Source: a virus
Taxonomy: Duplodnaviria > Caudoviricetes
DNA: 64,000 bases
Virus record (IMG/VR): IMGVR_UViG_3300010266_000007
Location: 2,012 to 66,011 of that record
Reading direction: 5' to 3' (one strand)
Below the pieces are notes generated by a model. That model ran no database searches. It had not been told where the DNA came from and saw only the letters and a program-made list of their open reading frames with translations. This document shows, piece after piece, positions 35,327 through 46,628 of this stretch; positions within the stretch are counted from its first letter, which is position 1, and the number at the start of each line of letters is the position of its first letter. A program made the translations under genes and the position numbers.

Positions 35327-36105
35327 TGAATCCATGGAGTACTTATCAGGCCAGAATGGCAGCAAACGGTACAAACAAACGGGACGCTGTAAAGCGCAGA
35401 GAGTGTGCCTTTTTGAACGCAAAGCTCCCTACAAGTTTGTCCTACCACAAGCTGACTATTGATGGGCAGCCACGCGAGTTGGCAGTCATCAATTCGGACA
35501 ACCTGAATATGAAAACGCTGTGTACGATGCCGGGAGAGGACTTACCGCACGGCGGCCTCGTTCATTGGATGGATAACTACTGGCTTATCACAGAAAAGGA
35601 CGCCAACAACGAACTATATACCAAGGGCACTATGCAGCAGTGTAACTATCTGTTGCGTTGGATAGCGGCTGACGGGACGATTGTTGAGCGATGGTGCATC
35701 ATTACCGATGGTACAAAATACCTGACTGGTGAATATGGCGACAACGAATACATTGTCGTCCGTGGTGACTCCAGAGTGTCCTTGACGATTGCAAGGGATG
35801 AGTACTCTATTCAGTTGAACCGTGAAAGCCGGTTTCTGATTGATGACTACGACACTCACGATATTCTTGCCTATCGTCTGACAAAACCGTTTAAGCTGGG
35901 CGGGAGCTTCAATGGAAGCGGTGTCTTGAATTATGTTCTGACGGAGTGCAACACAGAAGACACCGACAACTTTGAACTGCATATAGCCAACTACTACAAA
36001 TATTTTCCGAGGGACGGTCAGGAGAATATCCCCGATGAGCCTGATAAAGACGGTGAAGATACGCCGGGCGGCGATACCACCGGAGGAAAGAAGGTGTGGT
36101 TCTGA
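35326..36105 (+). CDS. Putative head-closure protein
   Basis: 259 aa, beta-rich; neck position. Confidence 0.55.
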   Translation: MNPWSTYQARMAANGTNKRDAVKRRECAFLNAKLPTSLSYHKLTIDGQPRELAVINSDNLNMKTLCTMPGEDLPHGGLVHWMDNYWLITEKDANNELYTKGTMQQCNYLLRWIAADGTIVERWCIITDGTKYLTGEYGDNEYIVVRGDSRVSLTIARDEYSIQLNRESRFLIDDYDTHDILAYRLTKPFKLGGSFNGSGVLNYVLTECNTEDTDNFELHIANYYKYFPRDGQENIPDEPDKDGEDTPGGDTTGGKKVWF

Positions 36106-36605
36106 TGCAGCTTGAGGAGTTTTATGACTATAAGAACCAGCTGATGGATGACCTGCTGACAAATGCAGAAATCATCCGCCTTCTGGACGACAACTACAAG
36201 GACAGCGACCAGCCGGAGAGGTTTGTGTATTCACAGGTGTTCCCCTTTGAATATGTACCGGACACTATTGAACATGGTCAGACTTTTATCTGCTGTGATG
36301 TAGATGTGCAAAAGTCGCTGAACAAAACCTTTTTAATCCCCGTTCTGTATGTCTGGGTTTTTACCCATAAGAGCAAGATGAAACTGCCAAAGGGTGGCGT
36401 CAGAGTGGACAGGCTGTGTTCCGAAATTGCAAAGGCAGTAAACGGTAGCAGATGCTATGGGCTCGGCGAGATGGATTTATATGCGGTAAAAAGGTTTGCT
36501 CCGGTAACGGATTATCAGGGAAAGGTTATGACATTCCAGGCAAAGGATTTCAATCGGGTATCACCTACAGGCAAGCCCGTTCCATCCAACAGGAAGACCG
36601 GATAA
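36105..36605 (+). CDS. Putative tail terminator
   Basis: TGATG coupling; position before tail tube. Confidence 0.55.
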   Translation: MQLEEFYDYKNQLMDDLLTNAEIIRLLDDNYKDSDQPERFVYSQVFPFEYVPDTIEHGQTFICCDVDVQKSLNKTFLIPVLYVWVFTHKSKMKLPKGGVRVDRLCSEIAKAVNGSRCYGLGEMDLYAVKRFAPVTDYQGKVMTFQAKDFNRVSPTGKPVPSNRKTG

Positions 36606-37322
36606 ATGCGCACAAGAAATATGCTTTATCGGCGTGAATACGACATCAATGATGCTATTCACATCAAGATACCAACGGTCGGAGAAATCCTGGAATGTGA
36701 AGACGGGTATTACAGCATTGTAGCGATGCTGACTGCTATGCCGATTGATATGATGGTTCAGCTTGATGATATCGGAATCGACTTTACCACCATTGATGAA
36801 TATGACCTTTTCCTTCTTTTGGTCGGCACCCTGAAGGAGCAAGACACCTCTCTTGTTTTTGCAGACCTTGATTTGAAGCAATTCCAGACTGCCGTAAACG
36901 AACAGAACGGAAACATTGTATTGGTCGATGAAAGTTCAGGGGTAGTTATTGACCGGGCTATCCACGCCCAGATTGCTGGTGCGCTCAGGAAGATTCACCA
37001 TCTTGAGAAAGACAATCGCAAACCAGCCAATGGCGAAGCCAAAGAATACATGATTGAACGCGCACGCAAAAAAATGCGCAGACAGCGCAACCGAGAAACG
37101 ACTTCTCAGCTTGAGGAGTTGATAGTTGCGCTTGTCAACACGGAACAGTACCACTATGGGTTTGAGGGGACACGAGAACTCTCAATCTATCAGTTCAACG
37201 AAAGCGTGCGGCAGATTATCAAGAAAATCGACTATGACAACAAGATGCACGGCATCTATGCTGGCACAGTCAGCGCAAAAGACCTAAGCCAAGACGATTG
37301 GAATTGGCTAACTCATAAATAG
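36606..37322 (+). CDS. Hypothetical tail-region protein
   Basis: 238 aa, coupled. Confidence 0.65.
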   Translation: MRTRNMLYRREYDINDAIHIKIPTVGEILECEDGYYSIVAMLTAMPIDMMVQLDDIGIDFTTIDEYDLFLLLVGTLKEQDTSLVFADLDLKQFQTAVNEQNGNIVLVDESSGVVIDRAIHAQIAGALRKIHHLEKDNRKPANGEAKEYMIERARKKMRRQRNRETTSQLEELIVALVNTEQYHYGFEGTRELSIYQFNESVRQIIKKIDYDNKMHGIYAGTVSAKDLSQDDWNWLTHK

Positions 37323-37335
37323 GAGGAATGTCTAT

Positions 37336-38130
37336 ATGAATATCAATGATATCACTATCACCAGCCTTGAGACCATCAATGCTTTTGATATCGTGACAGG
37401 CGCCTACAAGTTCACTCTGGATGAGCTGCAGAATGCGACTATCGCACAGACTCAGGAGAAGACCGATATTACCGGTAAGCAGGGGCGCAAGCTGAACTCT
37501 CTGAAGAAGAACAAGGCTGTTACCGTCAGCGGCACCAATGGCCTCGTGTCCGGCGGCCTGCTCGAACTGCAGGTTGGCAGCGAGTTTGAAAACAAGAAGA
37601 CCACTGTGAAGTGGACGGATTATCTTACTGTCTCCGGCAATGCGGCTGCCACACAGTACAAGGCTGTCGGTACGACCGGCAATGAAATCGAGTCTGTCTA
37701 TATCAAGAACTCCGACGGTACTCTTGGCGATACGCTGACTCAGGGCTCTGCTGTGGCTGAGGGCGTGTTCACCTACAACCCCACCAGCAAGGCACTTGCC
37801 TTTAATGAAGGCGAGATTGCTGACGGCACCGAAATCGTCGTGTTCTATATGCGTCAGATTCAGGCCGATGTTCTGGAAAACCTGAGCGACCACTACTCCG
37901 GTAAGTGCGCTCTGTACATTGACGCCTTTGCCGAGGATAAGTGCGCCAATGTGTTCCGCATCCAGTTCTACATTCCCAAAGCCGACTTCAATGGTGAGTT
38001 TAGCTTCGAGATGGGCGACAACCAGACTGTTCATGCATTTGAGGCAGAGTCTCTGTCCGGTGCCTGCGGCACCAGCGGCGCTCTGTGGACTTATACCATC
38101 TTCGGTGCAAACGCTGAGGATGTTGCCTAA
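37336..38130 (+). CDS. Major tail tube protein
   Basis: 264 aa, Thr/Gly-rich beta protein with strong codon bias upstream of TMP. Confidence 0.75.
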   Translation: MNINDITITSLETINAFDIVTGAYKFTLDELQNATIAQTQEKTDITGKQGRKLNSLKKNKAVTVSGTNGLVSGGLLELQVGSEFENKKTTVKWTDYLTVSGNAAATQYKAVGTTGNEIESVYIKNSDGTLGDTLTQGSAVAEGVFTYNPTSKALAFNEGEIADGTEIVVFYMRQIQADVLENLSDHYSGKCALYIDAFAEDKCANVFRIQFYIPKADFNGEFSFEMGDNQTVHAFEAESLSGACGTSGALWTYTIFGANAEDVA

Positions 38131-38138
38131 GAAAGCGG

Positions 38139-38414
38139 GTGACACAGATGGCTTCTGCGGTCAAGAAATGTCGGGTATGCGGTAAGGAATATGAAGCCTG
38201 CCGCAGTGCCAATCGAGCCGCAGGTGTCTTTCGCTGGCAGGAAGTAGCCTGTTCGCCTGAGTGCGGTGCAATCTATCTGCAGAAGATTAACGAATCTCGT
38301 GGGATTGTTAATCCGCAGAAAAAGGCCAAGCACAAGAAGTGCGCAGAACCCGTTGTGGAACAGGCGGTCGTTGATGCTGAGCCTATCAGCGGAAAACCTG
38401 TGGAAGAGGAATAA
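38139..38414 (+). CDS. Small Zn-finger protein
   Basis: CRVCGKEY...CSPEC. Confidence 0.6.
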   Translation: MTQMASAVKKCRVCGKEYEACRSANRAAGVFRWQEVACSPECGAIYLQKINESRGIVNPQKKAKHKKCAEPVVEQAVVDAEPISGKPVEEE

Positions 38415-38420
38415 GCAACC

Positions 38421-38451
38421 GGGAGGGTGGAGTAATCCGCCCTCCCTTTTT
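38421..38451 (+). terminator. Rho-independent terminator
   Basis: GGGAGGGTGGA-gtaa-TCCGCCCTCCC followed by TTTTT. Confidence 0.75.
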
Positions 38452-38465
38452 CTATAGGGAGAGAT

Positions 38466-38921
38466 ATGGCGAGAACCAAATTTAATGTTGATAAAGACAA
38501 GGACAAACGAACATATGCAGGAATTGTGTTCGACAGTCAGCTTGAGATGAAATACTTTCGTGATGTGCTTTGTCCCGGAGTGGAAAGCGGTGAGGTAGTT
38601 CGATTTGAACTACAGAAAAAGTATGAACTGCAACCAAAGTTCACACACGATGGAAAGACGGTGCTGCCGATTACCTATGTGGCAGATTTCTACATAGAGT
38701 ATGCCGACGGACATACAGAGGTGATTGATACGAAAGGCTGCCCAGACAGCGTCGCCAAAATCAAGCGAAAATTGTTCTGGCACACCTATCCAGATGTGCG
38801 TTACCGCTGGATTACCTATGTCAAAAAATGGGGCGGCTGGCTGGATTACGAGACCGTACAGACTTTGCGCAAAGAGCAAAAGCGCAGCAGGAATAAAAAG
38901 GAGGATACAGACAATGGCTGA
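38466..38921 (+). CDS. DUF1064-like PD-(D/E)XK nuclease
   Basis: FDSQLEMKY, QKKYEL, TYVADF, VIDTKG. Confidence 0.8.
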   Translation: MARTKFNVDKDKDKRTYAGIVFDSQLEMKYFRDVLCPGVESGEVVRFELQKKYELQPKFTHDGKTVLPITYVADFYIEYADGHTEVIDTKGCPDSVAKIKRKLFWHTYPDVRYRWITYVKKWGGWLDYETVQTLRKEQKRSRNKKEDTDNG

Positions 38922-39501
38922 TAAAGAAAAAAAGATTTCGATTGCATCTTTTGATAAGGTACTGAAGGAGCAGGCTGTTCCCGATACAACAGAACACTGG
39001 TTTGGTAACGAGGTCGTTATCAAGCACACGATTTCGATTGCACAGATGTTGGCATTCGTAGACAATGTTGTGTCCAGCTGTTTCCATGACGAGGGGTATA
39101 TGCCGGAGGTCAAAGACTTGCTGATTAAGAGCAACCTCTTGACCCGGTATGCAAACTTCACGCTTCCTGAAAATCTGGAACACCGATACACACTTATTTA
39201 CAACACGGACGCCGTGGCGATGGTGAGCAAGCATATCAGTTCTGCCCAGTTCGATGAAATCCTTCGGGCGATTGATGAGAAAATCGACTATATCTGTAAC
39301 ACCAATATCATGGCGATTGAAAAGCAGATGCAGCAGCTTGCAGCGTCCTTTGAGGATGTTTCCAAAAAGACCTCCGAAATGTTTGCCGGGGTAAACGGCA
39401 GTGATATTGCGAAGCTGATTGGCGCTATTGATAAGAGTGGAGTTGATGAGCAGAAGCTTGTGCAGGCATTCCTTGAGCAAAGAGAGGATTATAAGGAATG
39501 A
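38914..39501 (+). CDS. Putative tail assembly chaperone
   Basis: Start MADKEKK after AAGGAGG; helical; upstream of TMP. Confidence 0.55.
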   Translation: MADKEKKISIASFDKVLKEQAVPDTTEHWFGNEVVIKHTISIAQMLAFVDNVVSSCFHDEGYMPEVKDLLIKSNLLTRYANFTLPENLEHRYTLIYNTDAVAMVSKHISSAQFDEILRAIDEKIDYICNTNIMAIEKQMQQLAASFEDVSKKTSEMFAGVNGSDIAKLIGAIDKSGVDEQKLVQAFLEQREDYKE

Positions 39502-40091
39502 GCTTGTCAAGCAAGCTGAATGCATGGATTAAGTCTCCACAGGGACAGGCTCGTTTGCAGGAGAAGATGGCGGAATACACCAGAGATGGTGTGGAAAGAA
39601 CTGCCGCCGGTGACTCTATCGTCCCAGAGAAGCGTATCTGGGAAGCCGCTGCAAAGTTCATACAGGTTCTTCAGATGACAGCCAAAAGCTATGACCTGCC
39701 TGAATCTGTGATGAAGCACATTGACGAGATGGACAGTGGAAGCATCATTCGTGTTGGGGACGGATTCGAGGTTCCGCTATATTTTGGCGGTGACCTACAT
39801 CGTGAGTCCCTTGAAAATGATGCTACGAGCTATGGTGGAATCGACAACATTGTGGCTCTGTTCAACAATGGCTACCATGCGTCCAACTATGTATATGGTT
39901 GGTGGAATGGTCATTCGCCATCCGGGGAGGCTATTAGTCGCTCGCTGTACAACGAAGACTTTGCATGGGTGCGCAGCAAAAAAGAGCGTGAAGCACTGAA
40001 GTTTATTCAACAGGCAATCAGCGACTTCAATGGGAACTATGGTTCCGACTACAATGTAACTGCGGTTGCCGCAGACATATATGAACAATAA
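39498..40091 (+). CDS. Hypothetical tail-region protein
   Basis: 197 aa, coupled. Confidence 0.65.
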   Translation: MSLSSKLNAWIKSPQGQARLQEKMAEYTRDGVERTAAGDSIVPEKRIWEAAAKFIQVLQMTAKSYDLPESVMKHIDEMDSGSIIRVGDGFEVPLYFGGDLHRESLENDATSYGGIDNIVALFNNGYHASNYVYGWWNGHSPSGEAISRSLYNEDFAWVRSKKEREALKFIQQAISDFNGNYGSDYNVTAVAADIYEQ

Positions 40092-40097
40092 ATTTTG

Positions 40098-40127
40098 AAA
40101 GGCTTGGCTTTGTGCCAAGCCTTTTCT
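40098..40127 (+). terminator. Rho-independent terminator
   Basis: AAAGGCTTGGC-tttgt-GCCAAGCCTTT followed by TCTT. Confidence 0.7.
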
Positions 40128-40139
40128 TCGTAAAGGACG

Positions 40140-43100
40140 GTGATGACGATGGCAATGGATGCAGATGTACGGTTACTAATCGGCGTAGCTCGCGGTGGTG
40201 CTGATGGTGACAGCGAGGCTCTGATTCGCAAAGAGCTTGCTGAAATCATGAAGAATATCAAGGCTACCGTGACAGTTGACACCAAGACATTTGGCGAGCA
40301 ACTGCGTAAGGAACTGGATGCCATTAGCAACAGCGGCAAATTCTATGTCAATTTGTCGAAGATTAGAATCGGTGCCGGTGCCATTACTGACTTCAGAAAA
40401 CAGTTAAGCGCCGTCATTAACACAATCAACCTTGATAAGGGAACGAGCATTACCCTTACCGCCGAAAACATCGGCGAAGTCAAGTCAAAACTGAAGGACG
40501 CAGGTGATGCTGCAGACGAAGCTGCCCGCAAAGTTGCAGCGTTCAAAGTGCAGATGGAGGCGCTTGGTCACCAGAAGACCGTTGTACAGAGAAGCCTGAA
40601 CGGCTTGGTTGACAGCGGTGTATCTGAGAGCGAGAGCCAGCGTGTGGCGTCGCTGGTGGAGCAGTATCGTCTGTGGGCGATGAGCGTGGAGACTGTTCGC
40701 GCTTCCAAAGAAGCTACAAGCGACGAGTACAGGCTTAGCTTAGAAGCCGAAGGCGCAGCTATTCTGGAGAACATTAACCGGATTTATGCAGAACGCCAGG
40801 CTGCGGAGGAGGCCGCTGCGGCAGAGGCCGCTGCGGCAAGAAGTGCTGAGGCTGCCAATAAGGAAAAGATGGCAACCATCAACGAGGTCATCAGCGCCTA
40901 TAAGAAAGTCAGCACCTATATTGACAAGAATCCTCGCATTGATGGCACAGAGCTGGAACAGCTCACACTGATGCGTGAGCAGCTGCTCGGTGTATGGAAC
41001 GACAGCAAGAATGCTGCCGATGGCATGACGAGCATGAGCAAGACAGACTTGCGAAAGCTGCTGTCTGATTTTGCTGCACTGGACACTTCTATTACGGAGT
41101 CCGGCAAGAAGGGCAATACGCTTGTTGGAATCATTTCATCCGCTTATAAGAAGTTTGGCGGATGGATGCTGGTGACGAGAAGCCTGATGGTCATGGTCAA
41201 CAACTTCAAGCAGATGGTGACCAATGTGCGGGCGCTGGATGCCGCCATGACCGAATTGAAGAAAGTTACCGACGAGACCAGAGCAACCTATGCTCAGTTC
41301 TTCAACGAGGCAGCCGTGCGTGCCAAGAGTCTCGGCGCAACACTGACCGATACGATTACAGCAACAGCGGACTTTGCGAGACTGGGCTACTCCATCAGTG
41401 AAGCGGCAGAGTTAGCAGATGCCGCGCTGGTCTACAAGAATGTTGGCGATGGTATCAATGATATTTCTGAAGCATCGGAAAGCGTCATCTCTACTATGAA
41501 GGCATTCGGCATCGAAGCTGCCAATGTGATGACCATCGTTGACAAATTCAATGAGGTCGGCAACCGGTTTGCCATTTCTTCTAAGGGCGTTGGTGATGCA
41601 TTGGTGCGTTCTGCTTCCGCTCTTGCAGCCGCCGGTAACAGTTTGGACGAAAGCATCGCCCTTGTAACAGCGGCGAACAATGTTGTGCAAGACCCTGAGA
41701 AGGTCGGTACAACAATGAAGACCGTTTCCATGTATCTTCGTGCGGCAAAGACCGAAGCGGAAGAGGCCGGTGAAAGCACAGAAGGTATGGCGGAGAGTGT
41801 CTCCAAGCTGAGAAAAGAAATCCTTGCGCTGACCAGCGGACGAGTCGATATCCAACTGGATGAAGATACTTTCAAAAGCACCTATCAGATTTTGAAAGAA
41901 CTCTCCGAGGTATGGGGAGACCTTACCGATATTACCAAAGCCAACATCATGGAGATGATTGGTGGTAAGCGAAACAGCAATGTGGTGGCCTCGCTGCTGA
42001 ATAACTTTGCAGATGCAGAAGCTGTTCTTGAAGTAGCTGCGGATTCTGCGGGTTCTGCCCTCAATGAAAATGAGAAGTATCTCGATTCTATCAACGGCAA
42101 AATTGCTCAGTTCCAGGCAGCCTTTGAAAAGCTCTCCGCTTCCTTTGTAAGTTCCGGACTTGTTAAGGGTGTTGTGGATGGCGGCACGGCCATCCTCGAA
42201 ACGCTGACTGCAATCATCGATAAGCTGGGTTCGTTCCCTGCTTTGATTTCCACAATCACCGCAGCTGTAACAGCGTATAGCGGTGCCAAAGGAAAGAACC
42301 TCGGAATCTTTGATGTTGTTGATGGGAAGGTAGGTATTTCCGGCGGCATTACGGATTGGTCTGCGGCCAACAAAAATATTGCTGAGTACAATAAGGTGCT
42401 TGGCTCGTCCATACAGACACAGCAGATATTTATCAAATATCTTGATGGTACTGACGACTCCCTGGCGGGATACCTGAAGTCCCTAAAGGGCGGCAAGGCC
42501 ACTATGTCCGGTTACAAAGCGTACTGTAAGCAGGCCGGTGTGGAGACGAAAGCGTTTGGAGCGAGTTCAAAAGCGGCTGCGATTGGTGTTACGGCACTTA
42601 ATACAGCTATCAATATGCTTACCTCACTTGCGATTGGTTTGGTAATTCAGGGCATCATCACAGGCATTACCCATCTGATTAACGCCAGCGATGAAGCGAT
42701 TGAAAAAGCAAATGAACTAACCAATGCGTTCAATGAGTTCCGCCAGACAAACTCCGATAACATCGACAAATTGCAGTCGCTGAAGGAAGAGTTTGAGACG
42801 CTGTCAGTTGGTGTTTCCCGTTATGGCGAAAACATTTCGTTGACCGCCGATGAGTATGACCGATACAAGCAAATCGTTCAGACGATTGTGGATATCTCTC
42901 CCGCTTTGTCAGAGGGATACAGCATTGAGAACGGTTATCTCGCAGACAAAAACGAGCTGATTGAGCGTGCCATTGAGCTGCAGGAACAGCAGTATAAGAG
43001 TGAGCTTCAGCAGATGACGACCACAGAAAAACTTTCTGAGGTTATCAAGGGATATGCAGCATCTTATGACAAGCTGAAAAACGGCGACATTATGACCACG

Positions 43101-46100
43101 GATACGGACTTGTCCAACAATATGTGGAAGATGTTCCGTGTCAACGACAGAGATGTGACGCCTGAGTTTGTTGGAAACTCCGGAGACAATAAGAGCCGGT
43201 ATTTGTCTGAGCAGATTATGAAGGCTCTGGGCGTAACCGATATTGGTAAGGAACTGGAGAAGTACACAAACGAGTACGGCTATTACCAGTGGGGTGACTT
43301 CTGGGATGATTACGCAGACCAAGTCTCTCACAATATCGGAAAGATTGCGGCCTCTATCGACTATACGGAAGTTGGCTTCGAGTCCCTTTCTGATTTTGAA
43401 GCCGCTGTCGAAAAGACAAAGAATGCCGCTGTTCGCTATGGTGAGGCGAGAGACGGTCTTGAAAAGGCCAATCAGGATGTTGCCGACCAGCTGAAGCTTG
43501 TTGCACAGAACAATGCCGCTTACGACGATTTAAGCACAGAGGCACAAAATATTGTTTCCAATTTCATCGACCGCTTTGGCGTTGATGATGTTACAAAGAA
43601 AAACTTCTGGGGAAAGATTGTTCCCGATGAAGACGCCATCACTGATATTAAGGTTCAGATAAACGACTTCATCGACAAGCTGACACCGGAAGTACAGAAT
43701 GCAATGTCCGGCCTGTTTGACCTGAAGGGGTTGTTTGATGCAGGTGACATCAATGTTGATGAATTCCAGGAAACTGTCAATGCGATTATCAGCGACCTTG
43801 AAGCGGCTGGGTTTGACGATGATACCATCAAATACCTCAAGCTCTCATTGGAGACAGATACCGTTGAGCGGCAGCTTGCTGCTGTCAAAGAAGCCATCGG
43901 CGGCGTTGGCGGCAAGTATGATGCTCTGTTAGGCAAGATGTCTGCGCAGGAGCTGGAAATTGCTTATAACATCATCTCCGAAGAAGGCTCCATGACCTTT
44001 GAGGAATTGCAGGAGAAAATCGAATGGCTGAAATATGCCAACGCCGATATGGTGAACACTCTCGATTTCTCCGACATGATATCCGGTCTGGATAGTGCGA
44101 AGGATGGCCTTGACAGTATTATCTCTGCAATGGACAGGCTGAACTCCGGTACTGCCATGACAAAGCAGCAGCTTGCCAACCTCGCCTTGCAGTACCCTAA
44201 GCTTCTGGAACAGGCAGACCTGTTTGTTGACGGGTCTATTGATGGTCAGAGGCAGCTGCTGAACAGCGTTCTTGAGATGAACGAGGCAGAGTATGATGCC
44301 CAGTTGGACACCAAGATTGCCGAACTGAAAGCAACCGAACAGGTCATCAATGACCAGCTTGCTCTGGAAACCGAAAAGGCTAACATTATTGCCGACATAA
44401 AGAACCTGAGCGTTAATGGACAGGTTCAGCAGGAGGAAGCTCTTCTTCAAAAGATGAATGAGCTCAATGACTTGCAGGGCAGAAACTATGTGGCCGAGAA
44501 GAACGGTGAGCTGACCGTAAATGAAGAAGCGTTGAATAAAAAGCTGGGCGCAGAAGTCGAATATGGTCAGCAGGCAACGGAGAACATCTGGCAACCGTAT
44601 GCCAATACCATTAAGAGCGCACATACGCAAGGCTTCTCCAAGTCACTTGAAGCGACCAACAACTACGGCAATAGTCTGTTTGCCAAGATTCGCAACATTG
44701 CTTCCAGCGTCTGGGGTGCGCTGAGTCAGGCTGTCAAGGATGCTACGACAGGTAACTGGCAGGGTATCTCCCACTATTTCCAGTCAGCAGTGTCCGGTGC
44801 GGTAGGCGGCACTTCGATTGACGCCGGAGATGTCACCGTCACTTTCGACGGTGCAAATACTTATGTCGGCACAGATACACTGGATGATTGGATTTCAAAA
44901 CAGGAGCAGGCATCTGCACAGCGTATTGCCGCACTGGAAGATTTCAAACAGCGAACGGTCAACGCCTACAAAAACCTTGAGGCGTTGCGTGGGCTTGACC
45001 TGACAAGCATCTATGGTTCTGCCGGTAGTTCTTATGGCAGCAGAAGCGACAGCAGCAGCGGAAATAGTTCAGACGGTGACAGCGACACAAAAGACAAAAT
45101 CAAAACTGTTGAAGAGTATATCGCTGACATTGATGCCTATTACGAAGCAGAGAAGCGGCTGCAGGCCGCACAGGAACGGGCAAACTCTCTGGCGAAAAAG
45201 CTGAAGTATGCGGAAGACCCGGCTGAAAAGATTAAGCTGTCCAGTGATTTGATTGACGCTTATAAAGAAGAGATGGCCGCCGAGAAGGATTTGATGGAGC
45301 TGAAAAAGAGCACCATCGCATCCAATGTCGGCGCTCTTCGCGCTCTTGGGTTTGAGGTCGAGTATAACAGCGAAACAAACGAGCTGTACATTAAGAACCT
45401 TGAGCACCTGAATGAGCTCACGGCATCGTCCGCTGGAGAGTACGACACACTGCAGGAAGCGACAAATGCCCTTCGTAAGGAAACGGAAGACCTGATAGAT
45501 GTAACGGAGCAGCTTAACGATGACAACATCGATGCTGCGAGTTCCATTGAGGATTTGGGTTATCAGGTTCAGGAGACAAAGAACAATATCATCGACTATA
45601 TCGAGGAAGTCTATAAGAAGCAGATAGATGCCTATCAAAAGATTATAGACCTGAGAAAAGAGATGATTGAGTCCGCTAAGGACGAGTTCGACTATGAAGC
45701 TGATATTGCCGATAAAGTCAAGGAGATAGCCGACCTGCAGGCCAGAATCGACCAGCTTGCTCTGGATGACAGCAGAAGCGCACAGGCAGAGCGAAACTCC
45801 CTGATGCAGGAGCTGGAAGAAAAGCAGAAAGACCTTGCGGACACCCAGAGAGACCATTCTGTTGAAGCCCAGACAGACGCCCTGGACAAGATGGGCGAAG
45901 ACTATGAGGCAGACAAAGAAGCAGAACTGGAACTGCTCAGAAGCACGGTCAACTCTTCCGAAGAGCTTTGGACGGCGTTTTATCAGACGCTCCTTGGGCA
46001 GAGCGTATCTGTCGGTGCGTCTATTGACGCGGAGATTTCTTCTGCATGGATACGGGCTGCGGAAGCTGTAAGGCAATACAGCGACGCAGTAAGCGGAGTA

Positions 46101-46562
46101 AGCGGCGTTGGTACTGTGGTAAGCAATGTCCCCAAATACCACGATGGCGGCGTTGTAGACGAGGCGAATCTCAGCAAGGACGAGGTTCTTGCCATTCTGC
46201 AAAAAGGCGAAGTTGTGCTGAATGAAGCCAAGCAGAAGAGCCTGTATCGAATCATTGATTTCCAGACGGAACTGTCAAAGCGTCTTGGTGTGGTTATTGG
46301 CACACTGCCGACAATCTCCGTTCCGGCGTCAGGTATCAAAGACACTATGAGCGGACTGACGCAGGACATCATTGGCGGCACTGCGCAGAGCCTTGTATTT
46401 GAACCGCACTTTGAGGTCAATATCACCCATAACGGTGAGATGGCTGACACAGACGCAAAAGCCTATGGCGAACGGATTGCCGATGTGGCGATTGACAAAC
46501 TTTACAGCGCATTTGAGCGGCGTGGCATCAACAGCACGCGAGGCTCAAGGCTGAAACCATAA
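40140..46562 (+). CDS. Tail tape measure protein
   Basis: 2140 aa, Ala-rich coiled coil, TP901-type core (LDAAMTELKKV...FARLG...DKFNEVGN), C-terminal PKYHDGG. Confidence 0.95.
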   Translation: MMTMAMDADVRLLIGVARGGADGDSEALIRKELAEIMKNIKATVTVDTKTFGEQLRKELDAISNSGKFYVNLSKIRIGAGAITDFRKQLSAVINTINLDKGTSITLTAENIGEVKSKLKDAGDAADEAARKVAAFKVQMEALGHQKTVVQRSLNGLVDSGVSESESQRVASLVEQYRLWAMSVETVRASKEATSDEYRLSLEAEGAAILENINRIYAERQAAEEAAAAEAAAARSAEAANKEKMATINEVISAYKKVSTYIDKNPRIDGTELEQLTLMREQLLGVWNDSKNAADGMTSMSKTDLRKLLSDFAALDTSITESGKKGNTLVGIISSAYKKFGGWMLVTRSLMVMVNNFKQMVTNVRALDAAMTELKKVTDETRATYAQFFNEAAVRAKSLGATLTDTITATADFARLGYSISEAAELADAALVYKNVGDGINDISEASESVISTMKAFGIEAANVMTIVDKFNEVGNRFAISSKGVGDALVRSASALAAAGNSLDESIALVTAANNVVQDPEKVGTTMKTVSMYLRAAKTEAEEAGESTEGMAESVSKLRKEILALTSGRVDIQLDEDTFKSTYQILKELSEVWGDLTDITKANIMEMIGGKRNSNVVASLLNNFADAEAVLEVAADSAGSALNENEKYLDSINGKIAQFQAAFEKLSASFVSSGLVKGVVDGGTAILETLTAIIDKLGSFPALISTITAAVTAYSGAKGKNLGIFDVVDGKVGISGGITDWSAANKNIAEYNKVLGSSIQTQQIFIKYLDGTDDSLAGYLKSLKGGKATMSGYKAYCKQAGVETKAFGASSKAAAIGVTALNTAINMLTSLAIGLVIQGIITGITHLINASDEAIEKANELTNAFNEFRQTNSDNIDKLQSLKEEFETLSVGVSRYGENISLTADEYDRYKQIVQTIVDISPALSEGYSIENGYLADKNELIERAIELQEQQYKSELQQMTTTEKLSEVIKGYAASYDKLKNGDIMTTDTDLSNNMWKMFRVNDRDVTPEFVGNSGDNKSRYLSEQIMKALGVTDIGKELEKYTNEYGYYQWGDFWDDYADQVSHNIGKIAASIDYTEVGFESLSDFEAAVEKTKNAAVRYGEARDGLEKANQDVADQLKLVAQNNAAYDDLSTEAQNIVSNFIDRFGVDDVTKKNFWGKIVPDEDAITDIKVQINDFIDKLTPEVQNAMSGLFDLKGLFDAGDINVDEFQETVNAIISDLEAAGFDDDTIKYLKLSLETDTVERQLAAVKEAIGGVGGKYDALLGKMSAQELEIAYNIISEEGSMTFEELQEKIEWLKYANADMVNTLDFSDMISGLDSAKDGLDSIISAMDRLNSGTAMTKQQLANLALQYPKLLEQADLFVDGSIDGQRQLLNSVLEMNEAEYDAQLDTKIAELKATEQVINDQLALETEKANIIADIKNLSVNGQVQQEEALLQKMNELNDLQGRNYVAEKNGELTVNEEALNKKLGAEVEYGQQATENIWQPYANTIKSAHTQGFSKSLEATNNYGNSLFAKIRNIASSVWGALSQAVKDATTGNWQGISHYFQSAVSGAVGGTSIDAGDVTVTFDGANTYVGTDTLDDWISKQEQASAQRIAALEDFKQRTVNAYKNLEALRGLDLTSIYGSAGSSYGSRSDSSSGNSSDGDSDTKDKIKTVEEYIADIDAYYEAEKRLQAAQERANSLAKKLKYAEDPAEKIKLSSDLIDAYKEEMAAEKDLMELKKSTIASNVGALRALGFEVEYNSETNELYIKNLEHLNELTASSAGEYDTLQEATNALRKETEDLIDVTEQLNDDNIDAASSIEDLGYQVQETKNNIIDYIEEVYKKQIDAYQKIIDLRKEMIESAKDEFDYEADIADKVKEIADLQARIDQLALDDSRSAQAERNSLMQELEEKQKDLADTQRDHSVEAQTDALDKMGEDYEADKEAELELLRSTVNSSEELWTAFYQTLLGQSVSVGASIDAEISSAWIRAAEAVRQYSDAVSGVSGVGTVVSNVPKYHDGGVVDEANLSKDEVLAILQKGEVVLNEAKQKSLYRIIDFQTELSKRLGVVIGTLPTISVPASGIKDTMSGLTQDIIGGTAQSLVFEPHFEVNITHNGEMADTDAKAYGERIADVAIDKLYSAFERRGINSTRGSRLKP

Positions 46563-46572
46563 GCAACCCAAC

Positions 46573-46606
46573 GGGGAGATACGGGTGACTGTATCTCCCC
46601 TATTTC
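46573..46606 (+). terminator. Stem-loop after TMP
   Basis: GGGGAGATAC-N8-GTATCTCCCC followed by TATTT. Confidence 0.65.
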
Positions 46607-46628
46607 AGAAAGGAGGTTTTCTCAAAGT